This document shows, one piece after another, positions 9,576-19,482 of a DNA stretch of 32,000 nt. Under the pieces are notes generated by a model. That model had not been told where the DNA came from. It searched no databases and saw only the letters and a program-made list of their open reading frames with translations. Made by a program: the position numbers and the translations under genes. Numbering within the stretch: position 1 is the stretch's first letter; each line of letters starts with the position of its first letter. The DNA is from an uncultured Chitinophagaceae bacterium (GTDB lineage: Bacteria > Bacteroidota > Ignavibacteria > UBA10030 > UBA8401): NCBI GenBank assembly GCA_964439265.1, contig CAYTOA010000004.1:49262-81261 (forward strand), in the 5' to 3' direction.

Positions 9576-10031
9576 ATGGGATTGACTCAGCGGATCAACG
9601 AGGACTTAAGAGCTGCGATGAAATCGGGCAACAAGCTCCGGCTCGAAACTCTGCGTATGCTTCGTGCGCAGATCATTGAATTTGAGAAGAAGGGACTGGA
9701 CAGGCCGATGAACGAGGACGATGAGATGTCGATCCTTATGTCCGCTACGAAAAAGCGGAAAGAGTCGATTGAACATTTCAAAAATGCGGGACGCATGGAG
9801 CTTGTAGAGCAGGAGACGAAAGAGATAGAAATAATTTCCGAATACCTGCCGAAACAACTGTCCCGGGAGGAGGCCGAACGCATCGTCGAAGGGCTTGTCC
9901 GCCAATCCGGCGCGGCCTCGATGAAAGACCTGGGGAAGGTCATGCCGATGGCGATGAAGGAGTTAAAGGGGAAAATCGACTCTAAAGTAATCTCTGAGAT
10001 CGTAAAACAAAAGCTTGAAGGTCCGTCATGA
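9576..10031 (+). CDS. GatB/YqeY domain-containing protein
   Basis: 151-aa ORF. RINEDLRAAMKSGNKLRLETLRMLRAQI...EIEIISEYLPKQLSREEAERIV...MKDLGKVMPMAMKELKGKIDSKVISEIVKQKL is the typical full-length YqeY pattern. Confidence 0.85.
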   Translation: MGLTQRINEDLRAAMKSGNKLRLETLRMLRAQIIEFEKKGLDRPMNEDDEMSILMSATKKRKESIEHFKNAGRMELVEQETKEIEIISEYLPKQLSREEAERIVEGLVRQSGAASMKDLGKVMPMAMKELKGKIDSKVISEIVKQKLEGPS

Positions 10032-10576
10032 CCACATTCGACACAATACTGGTTGTCATTCTTGTTCTCTTTATGCTTGCTGGATGGCGAAGCGGTTTTA
10101 TTAAAAAACTCATTGCACTGGTTTGCTTGGCAGCATCGCTTATTCTTGCGACAAAGTACGCGTCGTCGTTCGGTGAGATGGTTCTTGTACCGATGGGACT
10201 TACCGCCGGCGGAAGTACCACGTTTTCATTTATCATCATCGTCGGCGGAATCATGATCGCGCAGGCGATCATCTATAAGATCGCGATCAAGAAGCATGCT
10301 GACGGCACATGGAACAAGATAGGGGGAGTCATTGTCGGCTGTGTGGAAGGAGGTATTTTCCTCAGCTTGATGGTCATCTTCTTCAGCCTCTACCTTCATT
10401 TCCCTTCCGCAGAAACTCGTTCGGATTCACTCTTATACCGCCCGGTCAAGAATTTTGCCCCGCACATTTTCGACAGCGTCAACACATTATTGCCGGAGTC
10501 AGAAGACTTCTACCAGGAGATCATCAGCACTGTGAAGAAAGCGTCCAACCATCGAGAAGCGCCTTCGCACCAATGA
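10028..10576 (+). CDS. cvpA: CvpA-family membrane protein
   Basis: 182-aa ORF with four predicted TM helices. The N-terminus (FDTILVVILVLFMLAGWRSGFIKKLIALV) is typical of the CvpA/colicin V production family. Its start overlaps the yqeY stop (ATGA at 10028-10031). Confidence 0.75.
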   Translation: MTTFDTILVVILVLFMLAGWRSGFIKKLIALVCLAASLILATKYASSFGEMVLVPMGLTAGGSTTFSFIIIVGGIMIAQAIIYKIAIKKHADGTWNKIGGVIVGCVEGGIFLSLMVIFFSLYLHFPSAETRSDSLLYRPVKNFAPHIFDSVNTLLPESEDFYQEIISTVKKASNHREAPSHQ

Positions 10577-12948
10577 CCGAATATCAGTCAGCAGCCGAAA
10601 AGCTTGAATTCAAAAAGATACTCGGCCGATTGCAGGGCTACGCTTCATCCGATCTGGGTAAAGCCGCGGCGGAGCACGTAGTTCCATCCGGGAATCTCGC
10701 TCAACTGGCTCAGGAACTGAACCGCGTCGACGAGATGAAAAAGCTCCTGGAAAGCGACGATCCCTTTCCTATCGACGGAATGCGGGATATCCGGGAACCG
10801 CTCCAGAGAGCAGGAATCGAAAATAGCATCCTGGGCCCCTCCGACCTACTCCCGATCGCCCTTACACTTCAAGCAGCCAGAAACATCAAGGTGTTCGTTC
10901 AGAAAAGGAGAGATGTATATCTGGAGCTCTCTGCACTCTGCGATTCTGTGAACATCAATAAGATACTTGAGTACAACATCACTCAAGCTATTGATGAGAA
11001 CGGAAATATCAAAGATGCCGCAAGTAAAGAATTGAGATCGATTCGATCTGAACTAGTTTCGATGTACGAAATGCTGCGCAAACAGTTGGAACGCATTCTG
11101 AAGAATGTTTCCGATCAGGGTCTTGCGCAAGAAGAGATTATCACTACCAGGGACGGAAGGATGGTGATTCCGGTCAAAGCGGAACAGAAGCACAGCGTTC
11201 CCGGATTTATTCATAGTTCATCCTCTTCAGGATTCACTGTCTTTATCGAGCCGGCAGAAACACTCTCTCTTAACAATGAGATCCGGGAACTTCATTTCAA
11301 AGAAGTGCGCGAGATCGAGAAGATACTGCGTGCACTGACAATGCAGGTGAGAGAAGTCTCCTCCGATTTATTGCAGAGCCTTCAGATATTACAACATATA
11401 GATTTAATCTACGCTAAGGCGAAGTATTCCATTGAAATCAAAGGGAATAAACCCTTTCTAAAAGAATTTGGATCCCTCAAAATCGTCGATGCACGTCACC
11501 CGATTCTCCTTCTTCGACATCCGAGAGAGAAGATAGTCCCGTTATCGATTGAGTTGGGAAATGGCTACAGTACGTTGCTTATCACTGGACCAAACGCAGG
11601 CGGAAAAAGCGTCGCGATGAAGACAGTGGGAGTGCTGGTGTTGATGCTCCAGTGCGGAATCCACGTACCTGCGTCGCCAGATTCCGAATTCCCAGTTTTC
11701 CAAAAGCTGTTTGTCGACATTGGAGACGACCAGTCAATTGAGAATGACTTAAGCACGTTCAGCTCGCACATCACGATGCTTCGGGATATTCTGAGCTCCG
11801 CAGACGACCACAGCCTGATCCTCATAGACGAAATTGGTGCCGGAACAGACCCGGTTGAGGGAGGAGCCCTGGCAGCCGTGATCTTAGCAGAATTGACGAA
11901 AGCCGGAGCATTCACTATCGCCACGACGCACCAGGTTACACTAAAAGCGTTTGTGCATGAAACAAATGGCATGGAAAACGGCGCCATGGAATTCGATCAG
12001 ACAACCTTGACACCTACTTTTCATTTTAGATTCGGTGTACCGGGAAGCAGCTACGCACTCGAAATAGCGAGACGGCTGGGAGTTCCAACCTCGATCATCG
12101 CAGAAGCTGAACGAATGGCCGGTGAACAAAAGTCAAGGTTGGAAAAACTCATTGTCGATCTTGAAAGTCGGTCTCAATCGCTCTCGAAACAGCTATCGAT
12201 GGTTGAAGGAGAGAAACTCAAGTATAACGAGTTAGTCGAAGGTTATGAAATTAAACTAAAGGGATTGCGCGAAGAAATCAGACTCATAAAATCAAAAGCT
12301 ATTGAAGAAGCGAAAGAAATTATCAACAAGGCTAACTCCATTATTGAGAAGTCCATAAAAGAGATCAGGCTGCGTCAGGCAGAACGAAGTTCTATCGTGG
12401 AAAGTAAACAGGAGATTAAGTTGTTGGGAAATGAAATCCATGGGATGGAAATGGCATTGAATGAAATTGAACCCGGTGCTCCCAGCTTCGATATCGGAGA
12501 AACGATTCAGAAAGGGGCTACGGTCAAGCTGAAATCCAACTCACAAGTCGGCGAAGTCCTGCAGCCGCCGGACGCAAACGGAATTCTTCAAGTCGCATTC
12601 GACAGTCTGAAATTGCGCATTCATGTGAACGACGTTGTTCCAATCAAAAGGCCTAAGACCCAATCACAATCATTTGCACCTGTGCTGTTGGACGGCGGGC
12701 CAAAACACGAGATTGACGTGAGAGGTCTATATGGCGACGAAGCTTTAGAAGCCGTCGATAAGTTCTTAGACAATGCTGTCGTTACTGGATTGCATCAAGT
12801 GGATATCATTCATGGAAAAGGTACGGGTGCATTACGGAAAAAGATTACTACTTTTCTGAAATCTGATTCGCGGATCAAATCACATCACTTTGGCGAGTGG
12901 AACGAGGGAGGAATGGGAGTCACCATTGTCGACCTTAAAAACGAATGA
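10573..12948 (+). CDS. mutS2: Endonuclease MutS2 (MutS domain V ATPase + C-terminal Smr domain)
   Basis: 791 aa from ATG 10573, which overlaps the cvpA stop as ATGA. It has Walker A (ITGPNAGGKSVAMKTVG), DEIGAGTDPVEG, THQ and a long coiled coil. The C-terminal Smr domain reads EIDVRGLYGDEALEAVDKFLDNAVVTGLHQVDIIHGKGTGALRKKI. The 264-nt upstream extension of the track ORF (10309-10572) is an out-of-frame read through cvpA. Confidence 0.93.
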   Translation: MTEYQSAAEKLEFKKILGRLQGYASSDLGKAAAEHVVPSGNLAQLAQELNRVDEMKKLLESDDPFPIDGMRDIREPLQRAGIENSILGPSDLLPIALTLQAARNIKVFVQKRRDVYLELSALCDSVNINKILEYNITQAIDENGNIKDAASKELRSIRSELVSMYEMLRKQLERILKNVSDQGLAQEEIITTRDGRMVIPVKAEQKHSVPGFIHSSSSSGFTVFIEPAETLSLNNEIRELHFKEVREIEKILRALTMQVREVSSDLLQSLQILQHIDLIYAKAKYSIEIKGNKPFLKEFGSLKIVDARHPILLLRHPREKIVPLSIELGNGYSTLLITGPNAGGKSVAMKTVGVLVLMLQCGIHVPASPDSEFPVFQKLFVDIGDDQSIENDLSTFSSHITMLRDILSSADDHSLILIDEIGAGTDPVEGGALAAVILAELTKAGAFTIATTHQVTLKAFVHETNGMENGAMEFDQTTLTPTFHFRFGVPGSSYALEIARRLGVPTSIIAEAERMAGEQKSRLEKLIVDLESRSQSLSKQLSMVEGEKLKYNELVEGYEIKLKGLREEIRLIKSKAIEEAKEIINKANSIIEKSIKEIRLRQAERSSIVESKQEIKLLGNEIHGMEMALNEIEPGAPSFDIGETIQKGATVKLKSNSQVGEVLQPPDANGILQVAFDSLKLRIHVNDVVPIKRPKTQSQSFAPVLLDGGPKHEIDVRGLYGDEALEAVDKFLDNAVVTGLHQVDIIHGKGTGALRKKITTFLKSDSRIKSHHFGEWNEGGMGVTIVDLKNE

Positions 12949-14447
12949 ACTCAATGCGGATACGCAAACTGCTTATTGCAAACCGGGGTGAGATCGCCCT
13001 TCGCATTAACCGTTCAGCAGCAGAGATGGGTATTCAAACAGTCGCTGTCTTTTCGGACGTCGATCGATGTGCTCCCTACGTGTTGAACGCGACGGAAGCC
13101 TACCCGCTCCACGGGAATTTGTCGAAGGACACATACCTCGACATGAACAAGATCATCAGTATCGCATCGAGCGCGCACTGCGATGCGATCCATCCGGGCT
13201 ACGGGTTCCTGTCAGAGAATCCTGATTTTGCTGAAGCAGTGGTTTCAAGCGGCATGACATTCATCGGTCCGCCGGCTTCCGCCATGAGAGCATTGGGCAG
13301 TAAAACTTCCGCCCGCAATCTCATGAAGGAGGCAAATGTTCCGATAGTTCCCGGAACTACTTATGCGATCAAAGATGCCGATAATGCACTTAAAGCTGCC
13401 GCGGAGCTTGGATACCCACTATTGATCAAAGCTGTCCACGGAGGAGGGGGCAAGGGAATGAGAAAGGTGGACCGAGATCTGGATGTCGTGCAGGCACTCC
13501 AACAGGCGCAATCGGAATCGATGAAAGCGTTTGGAAGTCCCGACGTCTTCCTTGAAAAATACCTGCAAAGCCCCCGGCACATAGAAATACAAGTACTTGC
13601 GGACACACACGGCAGCGTGATCTTCTTAGGAGAAAGGGAGTGCTCGATTCAGCGCAGGCACCAAAAAGTCATCGAGGAGTGTCCGAGTTCCAGGCTGCCA
13701 GAGCACGTTCGCGCAGAAATGGGGACGGCCGCTGTGAATGCTGCTCGGAAGTGCGGTTATGTGAACGCTGGTACAATTGAGTTCCTGGTTGATTCAAATA
13801 ATTCGTTTTATTTCCTTGAGATGAACACCCGGCTTCAAGTCGAACATCCGGTAACGGAATTGGTCTATGGCATTGATCTAGTCAAGACCCAGATCAGCAT
13901 AGCCCAAGGCGAGAGACTTCCGTTGACGCAGGAAAAAATAATCCCTCGTGGGCATGCAATTGAATGCAGAATCTGCGCAGAAGATCCATTTGATAATTTT
14001 CTCCCTTCTACCGGAACGATCGAGGAGTATGCTCCGAGTGAAGGGGTCGGAATCAGGCATGATTCCGGCATCATGAAAGGCTCACAGGTAGTCCACTTCT
14101 ACGACCCCTTGATGGCCAAACTGGCTGTGTGGGGAAAAGATCGAGACGAGGCAATCCAAAAAATGGGACGAGCGCTTTCGGAGTATGTCATCTCGGGGGT
14201 AGCCACCACCATTCCATTTTGCGCTTACGTTCTCTCGCATCCTAATTTCATAGAGGCAAAATACGATATACAATTCGTAGAGAATTACTATCATCCGGAC
14301 CAGATAACCAACGGCAATGATGCAGAGGTAGCGGCTTCACTTGTTGCAGCTTCCATGCATAAATATTCCTCTCAAAAGGCCAACCATCTCGTTCCGCCTC
14401 GAACAGGGCGACCTCATCGATGGAAAGACGGCCGGATGGAAGAATAA
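12945..14447 (+). CDS. accC: Biotin carboxylase subunit of an acetyl/acyl-CoA carboxylase
   Basis: 500-aa ORF with KLLIANRGEIALRI, HPGYGFLSEN, an ATP-grasp region (GYPLLIKAVHGGGGKGMR, ERECSIQRRHQKVIEE, GTIEFLVD, FLEMNTRLQVEHPVTE) and a biotin-carboxylase C-domain. Its start overlaps the mutS2 stop (ATGA at 12945-12948). Confidence 0.93.
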   Translation: MNSMRIRKLLIANRGEIALRINRSAAEMGIQTVAVFSDVDRCAPYVLNATEAYPLHGNLSKDTYLDMNKIISIASSAHCDAIHPGYGFLSENPDFAEAVVSSGMTFIGPPASAMRALGSKTSARNLMKEANVPIVPGTTYAIKDADNALKAAAELGYPLLIKAVHGGGGKGMRKVDRDLDVVQALQQAQSESMKAFGSPDVFLEKYLQSPRHIEIQVLADTHGSVIFLGERECSIQRRHQKVIEECPSSRLPEHVRAEMGTAAVNAARKCGYVNAGTIEFLVDSNNSFYFLEMNTRLQVEHPVTELVYGIDLVKTQISIAQGERLPLTQEKIIPRGHAIECRICAEDPFDNFLPSTGTIEEYAPSEGVGIRHDSGIMKGSQVVHFYDPLMAKLAVWGKDRDEAIQKMGRALSEYVISGVATTIPFCAYVLSHPNFIEAKYDIQFVENYYHPDQITNGNDAEVAASLVAASMHKYSSQKANHLVPPRTGRPHRWKDGRMEE

Positions 14448-14449
14448 AA

Positions 14450-14950
14450 ATGGCTACTGTAATCTCCAGCATCGGCGGTAAGAAATTCAAATGGACATTT
14501 GGTTCTGATGCCTCCTCTGTGTTCCTAGGAGAATATAAGCATGTCGTTGACATACAAAAAATTTCCCCTGATCGGTATTCAATTCTCCTCGATGGCAAAT
14601 CGTATCAGGCAATCATCACTAGAAATGAATTTACCTATTCCATCGTAATCCATGGAAAAATTTATAGGGTAGAAGTCGAGGGCTCAGCAAAAGAAAGAGC
14701 TGGTTTTGGCCTGGATGCTGGTGTAAAAGACCGTGCACAGCTTGAGGTGCGGTCTCCCATGCCAGGCATGGTAGTGAGGTGTGAAGTCCGAGAGGGCAGC
14801 ATAATAGAAGTTGGCGGCGGATTACTGATCCTCGAGGCAATGAAAATGGAAAATGAAATACGGGCGACAAGAAGCGGAATCATCAAGAAGATACATGTCC
14901 GGGAAAAGCAGGTTGTAGACAAAGGTGCATTGCTTATCACGATGGAATAA
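14450..14950 (+). CDS. Biotin carboxyl carrier / biotin-lipoyl attachment domain protein
   Basis: 166 aa from ATG 14450, 2 nt after the accC stop. The C-terminal biotinyl domain carries the canonical EAMKMENEI biotinylation motif. Confidence 0.85.
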   Translation: MATVISSIGGKKFKWTFGSDASSVFLGEYKHVVDIQKISPDRYSILLDGKSYQAIITRNEFTYSIVIHGKIYRVEVEGSAKERAGFGLDAGVKDRAQLEVRSPMPGMVVRCEVREGSIIEVGGGLLILEAMKMENEIRATRSGIIKKIHVREKQVVDKGALLITME

Positions 14951-14965
14951 AGGAAACAGAAACGT

Positions 14966-17206
14966 ATGCCGACTGTTACGATTCAAGAACCCGAAGTTAC
15001 TAAGACCCTCGCACTCCAGCATGGACTTACGGAAGATGAATACGAGTGGATCCACAAAATTCTGGGGAGAACTCCTAGCTACACCGAGTTGGGAATTTTC
15101 AGCGTAATGTGGAGCGAACATTGCAGCTATAAGAACTCCATCGCGTTGTTGAAAACTCTCCCGCGTTCCGGCGGACGGCTTCTCGTAAGTGCGGGAGAGG
15201 AGAACGCAGGACTTGTCGACATCGGCGACGGACTTGCTGTCGCTTTTAAAATTGAAAGCCACAATCACCCGTCGGCAGTGGAGCCTTACCAAGGAGCCGC
15301 AACCGGCGTTGGCGGGATCATGAGGGACATCTTCACGATGGGAGCACGTCCGATCGCTTCTCTCAATTCGTTGCGATTCGGCGAACTCGATGATGACCAG
15401 GCCAGACAGTTATTTCGCGGCGTCGTAAAGGGGATAGGGGATTATGGCAACAGCTTTGGCGTGCCGACGGTCGCCGGCGAAGTCTATTTCGATAAGAGCT
15501 ACCAGGGAAACCCTCTCGTCAACGCGATGGCAGTAGGCATCGTCAAGCACTCGGACATCGCATCCGCCGTTTCACGCGGTGCGGGCAACCCTGTCATGAT
15601 CGTCGGTTCATCAACGGGAAAGGACGGCATTCATGGGGCGACGTTCGCGTCGGAGGAGATTTCAGAGAAGTCCGAGAGCAAGCGGCCCTCAGTTCAGGTG
15701 GGAGATCCGTTTACGGAAAAATTACTCCTCGAGGCAACGCTTGAAGTGGTTAAGGCTGGATTGTTGATAGGCATACAAGATATGGGCGCAGCCGGAATTA
15801 CTTGTTCAACAACAGAAATGAGCGCCAAGGGAAAATCCGGAATGCGCATCGATCTCGACAAGGTGCCGGTGCGCGAATCGGACATGTCAGCGTACCAAAT
15901 CATGCTGTCCGAATCGCAGGAGAGAATGCTGCTCGTCGTCAAAAAGGGACAGGAAGAGAGCGTGACTGAAATTTTTAATAAGTGGGATCTTCATTCGGTC
16001 GTGATCGGCGAAGTCACGGACGATGGAATGGTGAAAGTTTACAAAGGGGGAGAACTTAAGGCAGATGTGCCGGCCGAAGATTTAGTTTTAGGCGGCGGTG
16101 CTCCCGTTTACACGCGTGAATCAAAGAAGCCTGAATATATTGATCATCGATCTCAAATGGACACTGACGCTTTGAGGAAACCTTCGGAGTTGAGGAACGT
16201 GCTTTTGCAGTTGCTCGGGAATCCCAACATCGCCAGCAAGAGATGGGTGTTCGAACAATACGATTCAATGGTAAGAACAGGCACTCGGGTTGGTCCGAAT
16301 TCCGACGCGGCAGTTGTTCGGGTCGATGGTACGAACAAATTCCTTGCGATGAAGACCGACTGCAATTCAAGGTATGTCTACCTTAATCCGAGAATTGGAG
16401 CAGAAATAGCTGTCGCTGAATCAGCTAGGAACGTTGTCTGCACTGGTGCCAAACCGCTAGGGATAACAAATTGCTTGAACTTTGGCAACCCCTACAAACC
16501 GGAATCGTATTGGCAATTCAAAGAAGCTGTTGAGGGCATTGCGAATGCCTGCAGAAAGTTTGGAACGCCGGTGACCGGCGGAAATGTGAGCTTTTACAAT
16601 GAGAATCCGTTAGGGGCGATCTTTCCGACACCGGTCATTGGAATGGTGGGGTTGATTGAAAGCGAGGCGCATATCACTACAAGCGCATTCAATGCTGTTG
16701 GAGATGACATCATACTCTTAGGAAAACTTCGCGGAGATATCAATGGCAGCGAGTATTTGAAAGAGTTTCATGGGATGAACGGGAACAATGCTCCGTATTT
16801 CGATATTGACGAAGAAATACGACTGCAGGCGTGTTGTCTTGAACTTATCCGGGCCGGACTCGTGAGCTCCGCTCATGATATCTCCGAGGGCGGAATTGCA
16901 ACGGCGATCGTAGAAAGCGTCATTACCAGCGATGATCATGAGATTGGCTGCGATATCGCACTGCCAAGAACCGATCTCAGAAGCGATTTTCTCCTGTTCG
17001 GTGAAGAACAGAGCAGAATCATTTTCTCTTCGAAGCCAGGCTCGAGAGGTTCAATAGAAAAACATGCGAGTGAACACAAGATCGATTTCACCGTCATCGG
17101 CAAAGTTACACCAAGCTCAACCATTACAATCGGAGAGAACATTAGTTTGGAAAGAGGGGTTGCGGAGAGGATTTACTTCGATTCAATAGGACGTCTGATG
17201 GATTAA
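14966..17206 (+). CDS. purL: Phosphoribosylformylglycinamidine synthase subunit PurL (small-type FGAM synthase II)
   Basis: 746-aa ORF with [54 protein letters not shown] and GGNVSFYNE, the duplicated AIR-synthase-like fold of stand-alone PurL. Confidence 0.97.
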   Translation: MPTVTIQEPEVTKTLALQHGLTEDEYEWIHKILGRTPSYTELGIFSVMWSEHCSYKNSIALLKTLPRSGGRLLVSAGEENAGLVDIGDGLAVAFKIESHNHPSAVEPYQGAATGVGGIMRDIFTMGARPIASLNSLRFGELDDDQARQLFRGVVKGIGDYGNSFGVPTVAGEVYFDKSYQGNPLVNAMAVGIVKHSDIASAVSRGAGNPVMIVGSSTGKDGIHGATFASEEISEKSESKRPSVQVGDPFTEKLLLEATLEVVKAGLLIGIQDMGAAGITCSTTEMSAKGKSGMRIDLDKVPVRESDMSAYQIMLSESQERMLLVVKKGQEESVTEIFNKWDLHSVVIGEVTDDGMVKVYKGGELKADVPAEDLVLGGGAPVYTRESKKPEYIDHRSQMDTDALRKPSELRNVLLQLLGNPNIASKRWVFEQYDSMVRTGTRVGPNSDAAVVRVDGTNKFLAMKTDCNSRYVYLNPRIGAEIAVAESARNVVCTGAKPLGITNCLNFGNPYKPESYWQFKEAVEGIANACRKFGTPVTGGNVSFYNENPLGAIFPTPVIGMVGLIESEAHITTSAFNAVGDDIILLGKLRGDINGSEYLKEFHGMNGNNAPYFDIDEEIRLQACCLELIRAGLVSSAHDISEGGIATAIVESVITSDDHEIGCDIALPRTDLRSDFLLFGEEQSRIIFSSKPGSRGSIEKHASEHKIDFTVIGKVTPSSTITIGENISLERGVAERIYFDSIGRLMD

Positions 17207-17295
17207 AAGTCCGAGCTGTGAGTCGTTGCTGAGCCATAACTATAACTTTACATAACACATATTATATCAATTATACAATAATCTCAACCCGCGAA

Positions 17296-18198
17296 TTAAG
17301 CCGCAATGACCTTTATCGCTGCTGGTAATATCTCAACTAGAACTTCTCTAATATTTAAGCCAATAACTTCGCCGTCTACGTGAACTGGCAAATCCGCATC
17401 GGCTCTCACCAATAACTTTTTCGCCCGTTTCATCTCAATCTTCCCAAATCTTCCATGTTTTCCAGCGAAAACAAAAGGAAATATCTTTAGAACGTCCAAC
17501 ATTGTCAGGTTTTTTGCCATGCAAACGTCAAGCAGTCCATCATTAACCAACGCATCTGGCGTCAGGTAAAAACCGCCGCCAGAGCTCTTTCCGTTGCCAA
17601 CTGAGATCAACAAGTGCTTTCCAGTGCTTTCAAAATCTGCGCTGGAAACGACTGAAGATTCTGCCTGATATCCAAATACTACATTCAACGCAGCAATTGA
17701 GTACTTTGGCAAACCGCGAATCCAATTTATCCGCCCAGCTTCGCTGGCTACCTGGGCATCCAGTCCGATACCAACCGAGTTAATGAAATATTTCTTCTTC
17801 TTTTCAGAATTAGAATTCACTACTTCAATTAACCCCAAATCGATCGTTCTAATCTGTTGTTCTGAAAGCACTTGCAGGCATTCATTGATGTGTCTAGGAT
17901 ATCGCATCGTCCTCGCAAAATCATTGCCTGAGCCCAACGGAAGAATGCCGAGAATGCAATTTGACCCACCTATTCCGTTGACAACTTCATTGACCGTTCC
18001 ATCTCCGCCGGCAGCTACAATGATGTCAAATGTGTTTTTCACTTGGGATGCGATCTTTCTTGCATCATCTGGACCCGTGGTTACACGATACTCAAAAGGG
18101 ATGTTCTTTGCCTTGAAGTGCGCGATGACATGGGGAACAAGTTTTATGTTCTTCCCTGCGCCGGAACGAGGATTAAAAATAAGGAAAGTTGGGAGCAC
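17296..18198 (-). CDS. Diacylglycerol-kinase-family lipid kinase (YegS/BmrU-like)
   Basis: 300-aa ORF with FNPRSGAGK, IVAAGGDGTVNEVVNG and LPLGSGNDFAR, the DAGK catalytic-domain motifs. Its GTG start overlaps the dapF stop by 1 nt (TAGTG). Confidence 0.85.
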   Translation of the reverse strand: MLPTFLIFNPRSGAGKNIKLVPHVIAHFKAKNIPFEYRVTTGPDDARKIASQVKNTFDIIVAAGGDGTVNEVVNGIGGSNCILGILPLGSGNDFARTMRYPRHINECLQVLSEQQIRTIDLGLIEVVNSNSEKKKKYFINSVGIGLDAQVASEAGRINWIRGLPKYSIAALNVVFGYQAESSVVSSADFESTGKHLLISVGNGKSSGGGFYLTPDALVNDGLLDVCMAKNLTMLDVLKIFPFVFAGKHGRFGKIEMKRAKKLLVRADADLPVHVDGEVIGLNIREVLVEILPAAIKVIAA

Positions 18199-19082
18199 TA
18201 AGCGATGTCGAGAATTGACTGTGACGAAAAATCATACTTGATCTGGCCGCTAAATACAATGTGTGCGCTCCCGCTCAATGAAACATCTTTATATTCCGAA
18301 TTACTAGTATTTGCAAAATCGACCGTTAGGGTTTCTCCGCTCCGGACCTTCAGTGAGACTGGCGAAGCAGACTCTCTCACACGATTTGCGATCAGAGCGA
18401 CAGCGACCGAGCCAGTTCCGCATGCCAGAGTTTCTTCTTCAACCCCCCTTTCATATGTTCTTACAGAGAAGCCGTTTGCTCCTAATTTCTCGACAAAATT
18501 CACGTTCGTGCCATCAGGAAGAAAATATTCATGATTTCTAATCTGCCTTCCAACACCGAAAACATCAATTTCAGCAAGGGGCGCAACCAACCCGGGGTTC
18601 TCATCAAGAAAGATCACACAATGCGGCGATCCGGAATTTACAAAATGGAACCGGACATGCGATTGAGAAACCTCGATTCTCTGATCGATCCGAAAATCCG
18701 AGGGATTTTTCATCATCAGTTTGACAACATCACGGATGATAGAAGCATTGTAAATATGCTCCAGCGCCTCAAACCGGATCTCCGTCTGGTTCACAATTTG
18801 CCTGGTGTAAGCATAGCGGCTGATACAACGCCCGCCATTTCCGCACATGCCTCCAAAGCTTCCATCCGAATTGTAATACCGCATCAAGAAATCAGCCCTA
18901 TCGCTTGCTTCGAGAAGCAATAAGCCGTCCGCTCCGATTCCCTTGCGGCGATCGCAGAGCTCGCGAGCAAAGGCGGCCGGATCCGTCACCACGCCTTTGC
19001 GGTTATCGAGCACTACAAAGTCGTTTCCTGCTCCGGACATCTTCGTGAACTCGATGCAGCGCTGATCGTCCCGTTTCATCAT
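18198..19082 (-). CDS. dapF: Diaminopimelate epimerase
   Basis: 294-aa ORF with SGAGNDFVVLDN, the first catalytic Cys context (GGMCGNGGRC), SGSPHCVIF, and the second catalytic Cys context (ERGVEEETLACGTGSVA). Confidence 0.93.
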   Translation of the reverse strand: MMKRDDQRCIEFTKMSGAGNDFVVLDNRKGVVTDPAAFARELCDRRKGIGADGLLLLEASDRADFLMRYYNSDGSFGGMCGNGGRCISRYAYTRQIVNQTEIRFEALEHIYNASIIRDVVKLMMKNPSDFRIDQRIEVSQSHVRFHFVNSGSPHCVIFLDENPGLVAPLAEIDVFGVGRQIRNHEYFLPDGTNVNFVEKLGANGFSVRTYERGVEEETLACGTGSVAVALIANRVRESASPVSLKVRSGETLTVDFANTSNSEYKDVSLSGSAHIVFSGQIKYDFSSQSILDIA

Positions 19083-19107
19083 ACCTGAAAAATAAACATG
19101 GCTATTG

Positions 19108-19472
19108 TGGAGGTGCGGGGATTCGAACCCCGGTCCGAAGTGATGACCATTAGACTTTCTCCATACTCAGTTCATCTCGTGTGCATTCGCCGCGGGGTGA
19201 TGGATGAACTCAACACTCCCAAAGCTATCTGGGATACAGATTCACTAATACCGCTCCAGCATTGATATTAGCACGCCCGACTGAAGTCGACACCTTGCAT
19301 GACACTAGTCAGGTAGAGCATCATGAAGATGCGTCGCTTAACTATTAATTAAGCAGCGAGTGCGTAGTTGTAGTCTGCACTTAAGTTGGTTCCGTTTTAT
19401 TATCGTGCAACTCGGAGAGCACGGTATGCTTATGTCTAACCATCTTCTACCCCGTCGAAACCATTCACCCCC
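19108..19472 (-). ncRNA. ssrA: Transfer-messenger RNA (tmRNA, SsrA)
   Basis: The minus-strand 5' end is GGGGGUGAAUGGUUUCGACGGGG, the conserved tmRNA 5' acceptor and UUCGACGGG box. The 3' end is GGACCGGGGUUCGAAUCCCCGCACCUCC-A, a T-arm plus acceptor strand complementary to the 5' GGGGGUG. An internal tag ORF reads ...GCA GAC UAC AAC UAC GCA CUC GCU GCU UAA, giving ...ADYNYALAA*, and is preceded by UAAUAA. The terminal CCA is not encoded (the genome reads CAA after the discriminator). Ends are +/- a few nt. Confidence 0.9.
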
Positions 19473-19482
19473 TTAATAGAAT

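Noticed and set aside
10309-10572. The ORF track extends the mutS2 reading frame 88 codons upstream (start at 10309), which would give an 879-aa protein overlapping cvpA.
   Set aside because: The extension is Arg/Pro/Cys-rich nonsense (MEQDRGSHCRLCGRRYFPQ...). It lies entirely inside the well-supported cvpA frame. MutS2 homology begins at MTEYQSAAEKLEFKKIL, whose ATG (10573) forms a classic ATGA overlap with the cvpA stop.
19083-19482. A possible genomic island or prophage remnant at the tmRNA gene, a common integration site.
   Set aside because: No integrase, no duplicated tmRNA 3' segment and no compositional shift are visible. Both flanking genes (dapF, sirB1-like) are ordinary chromosomal genes immediately abutting the RNA.
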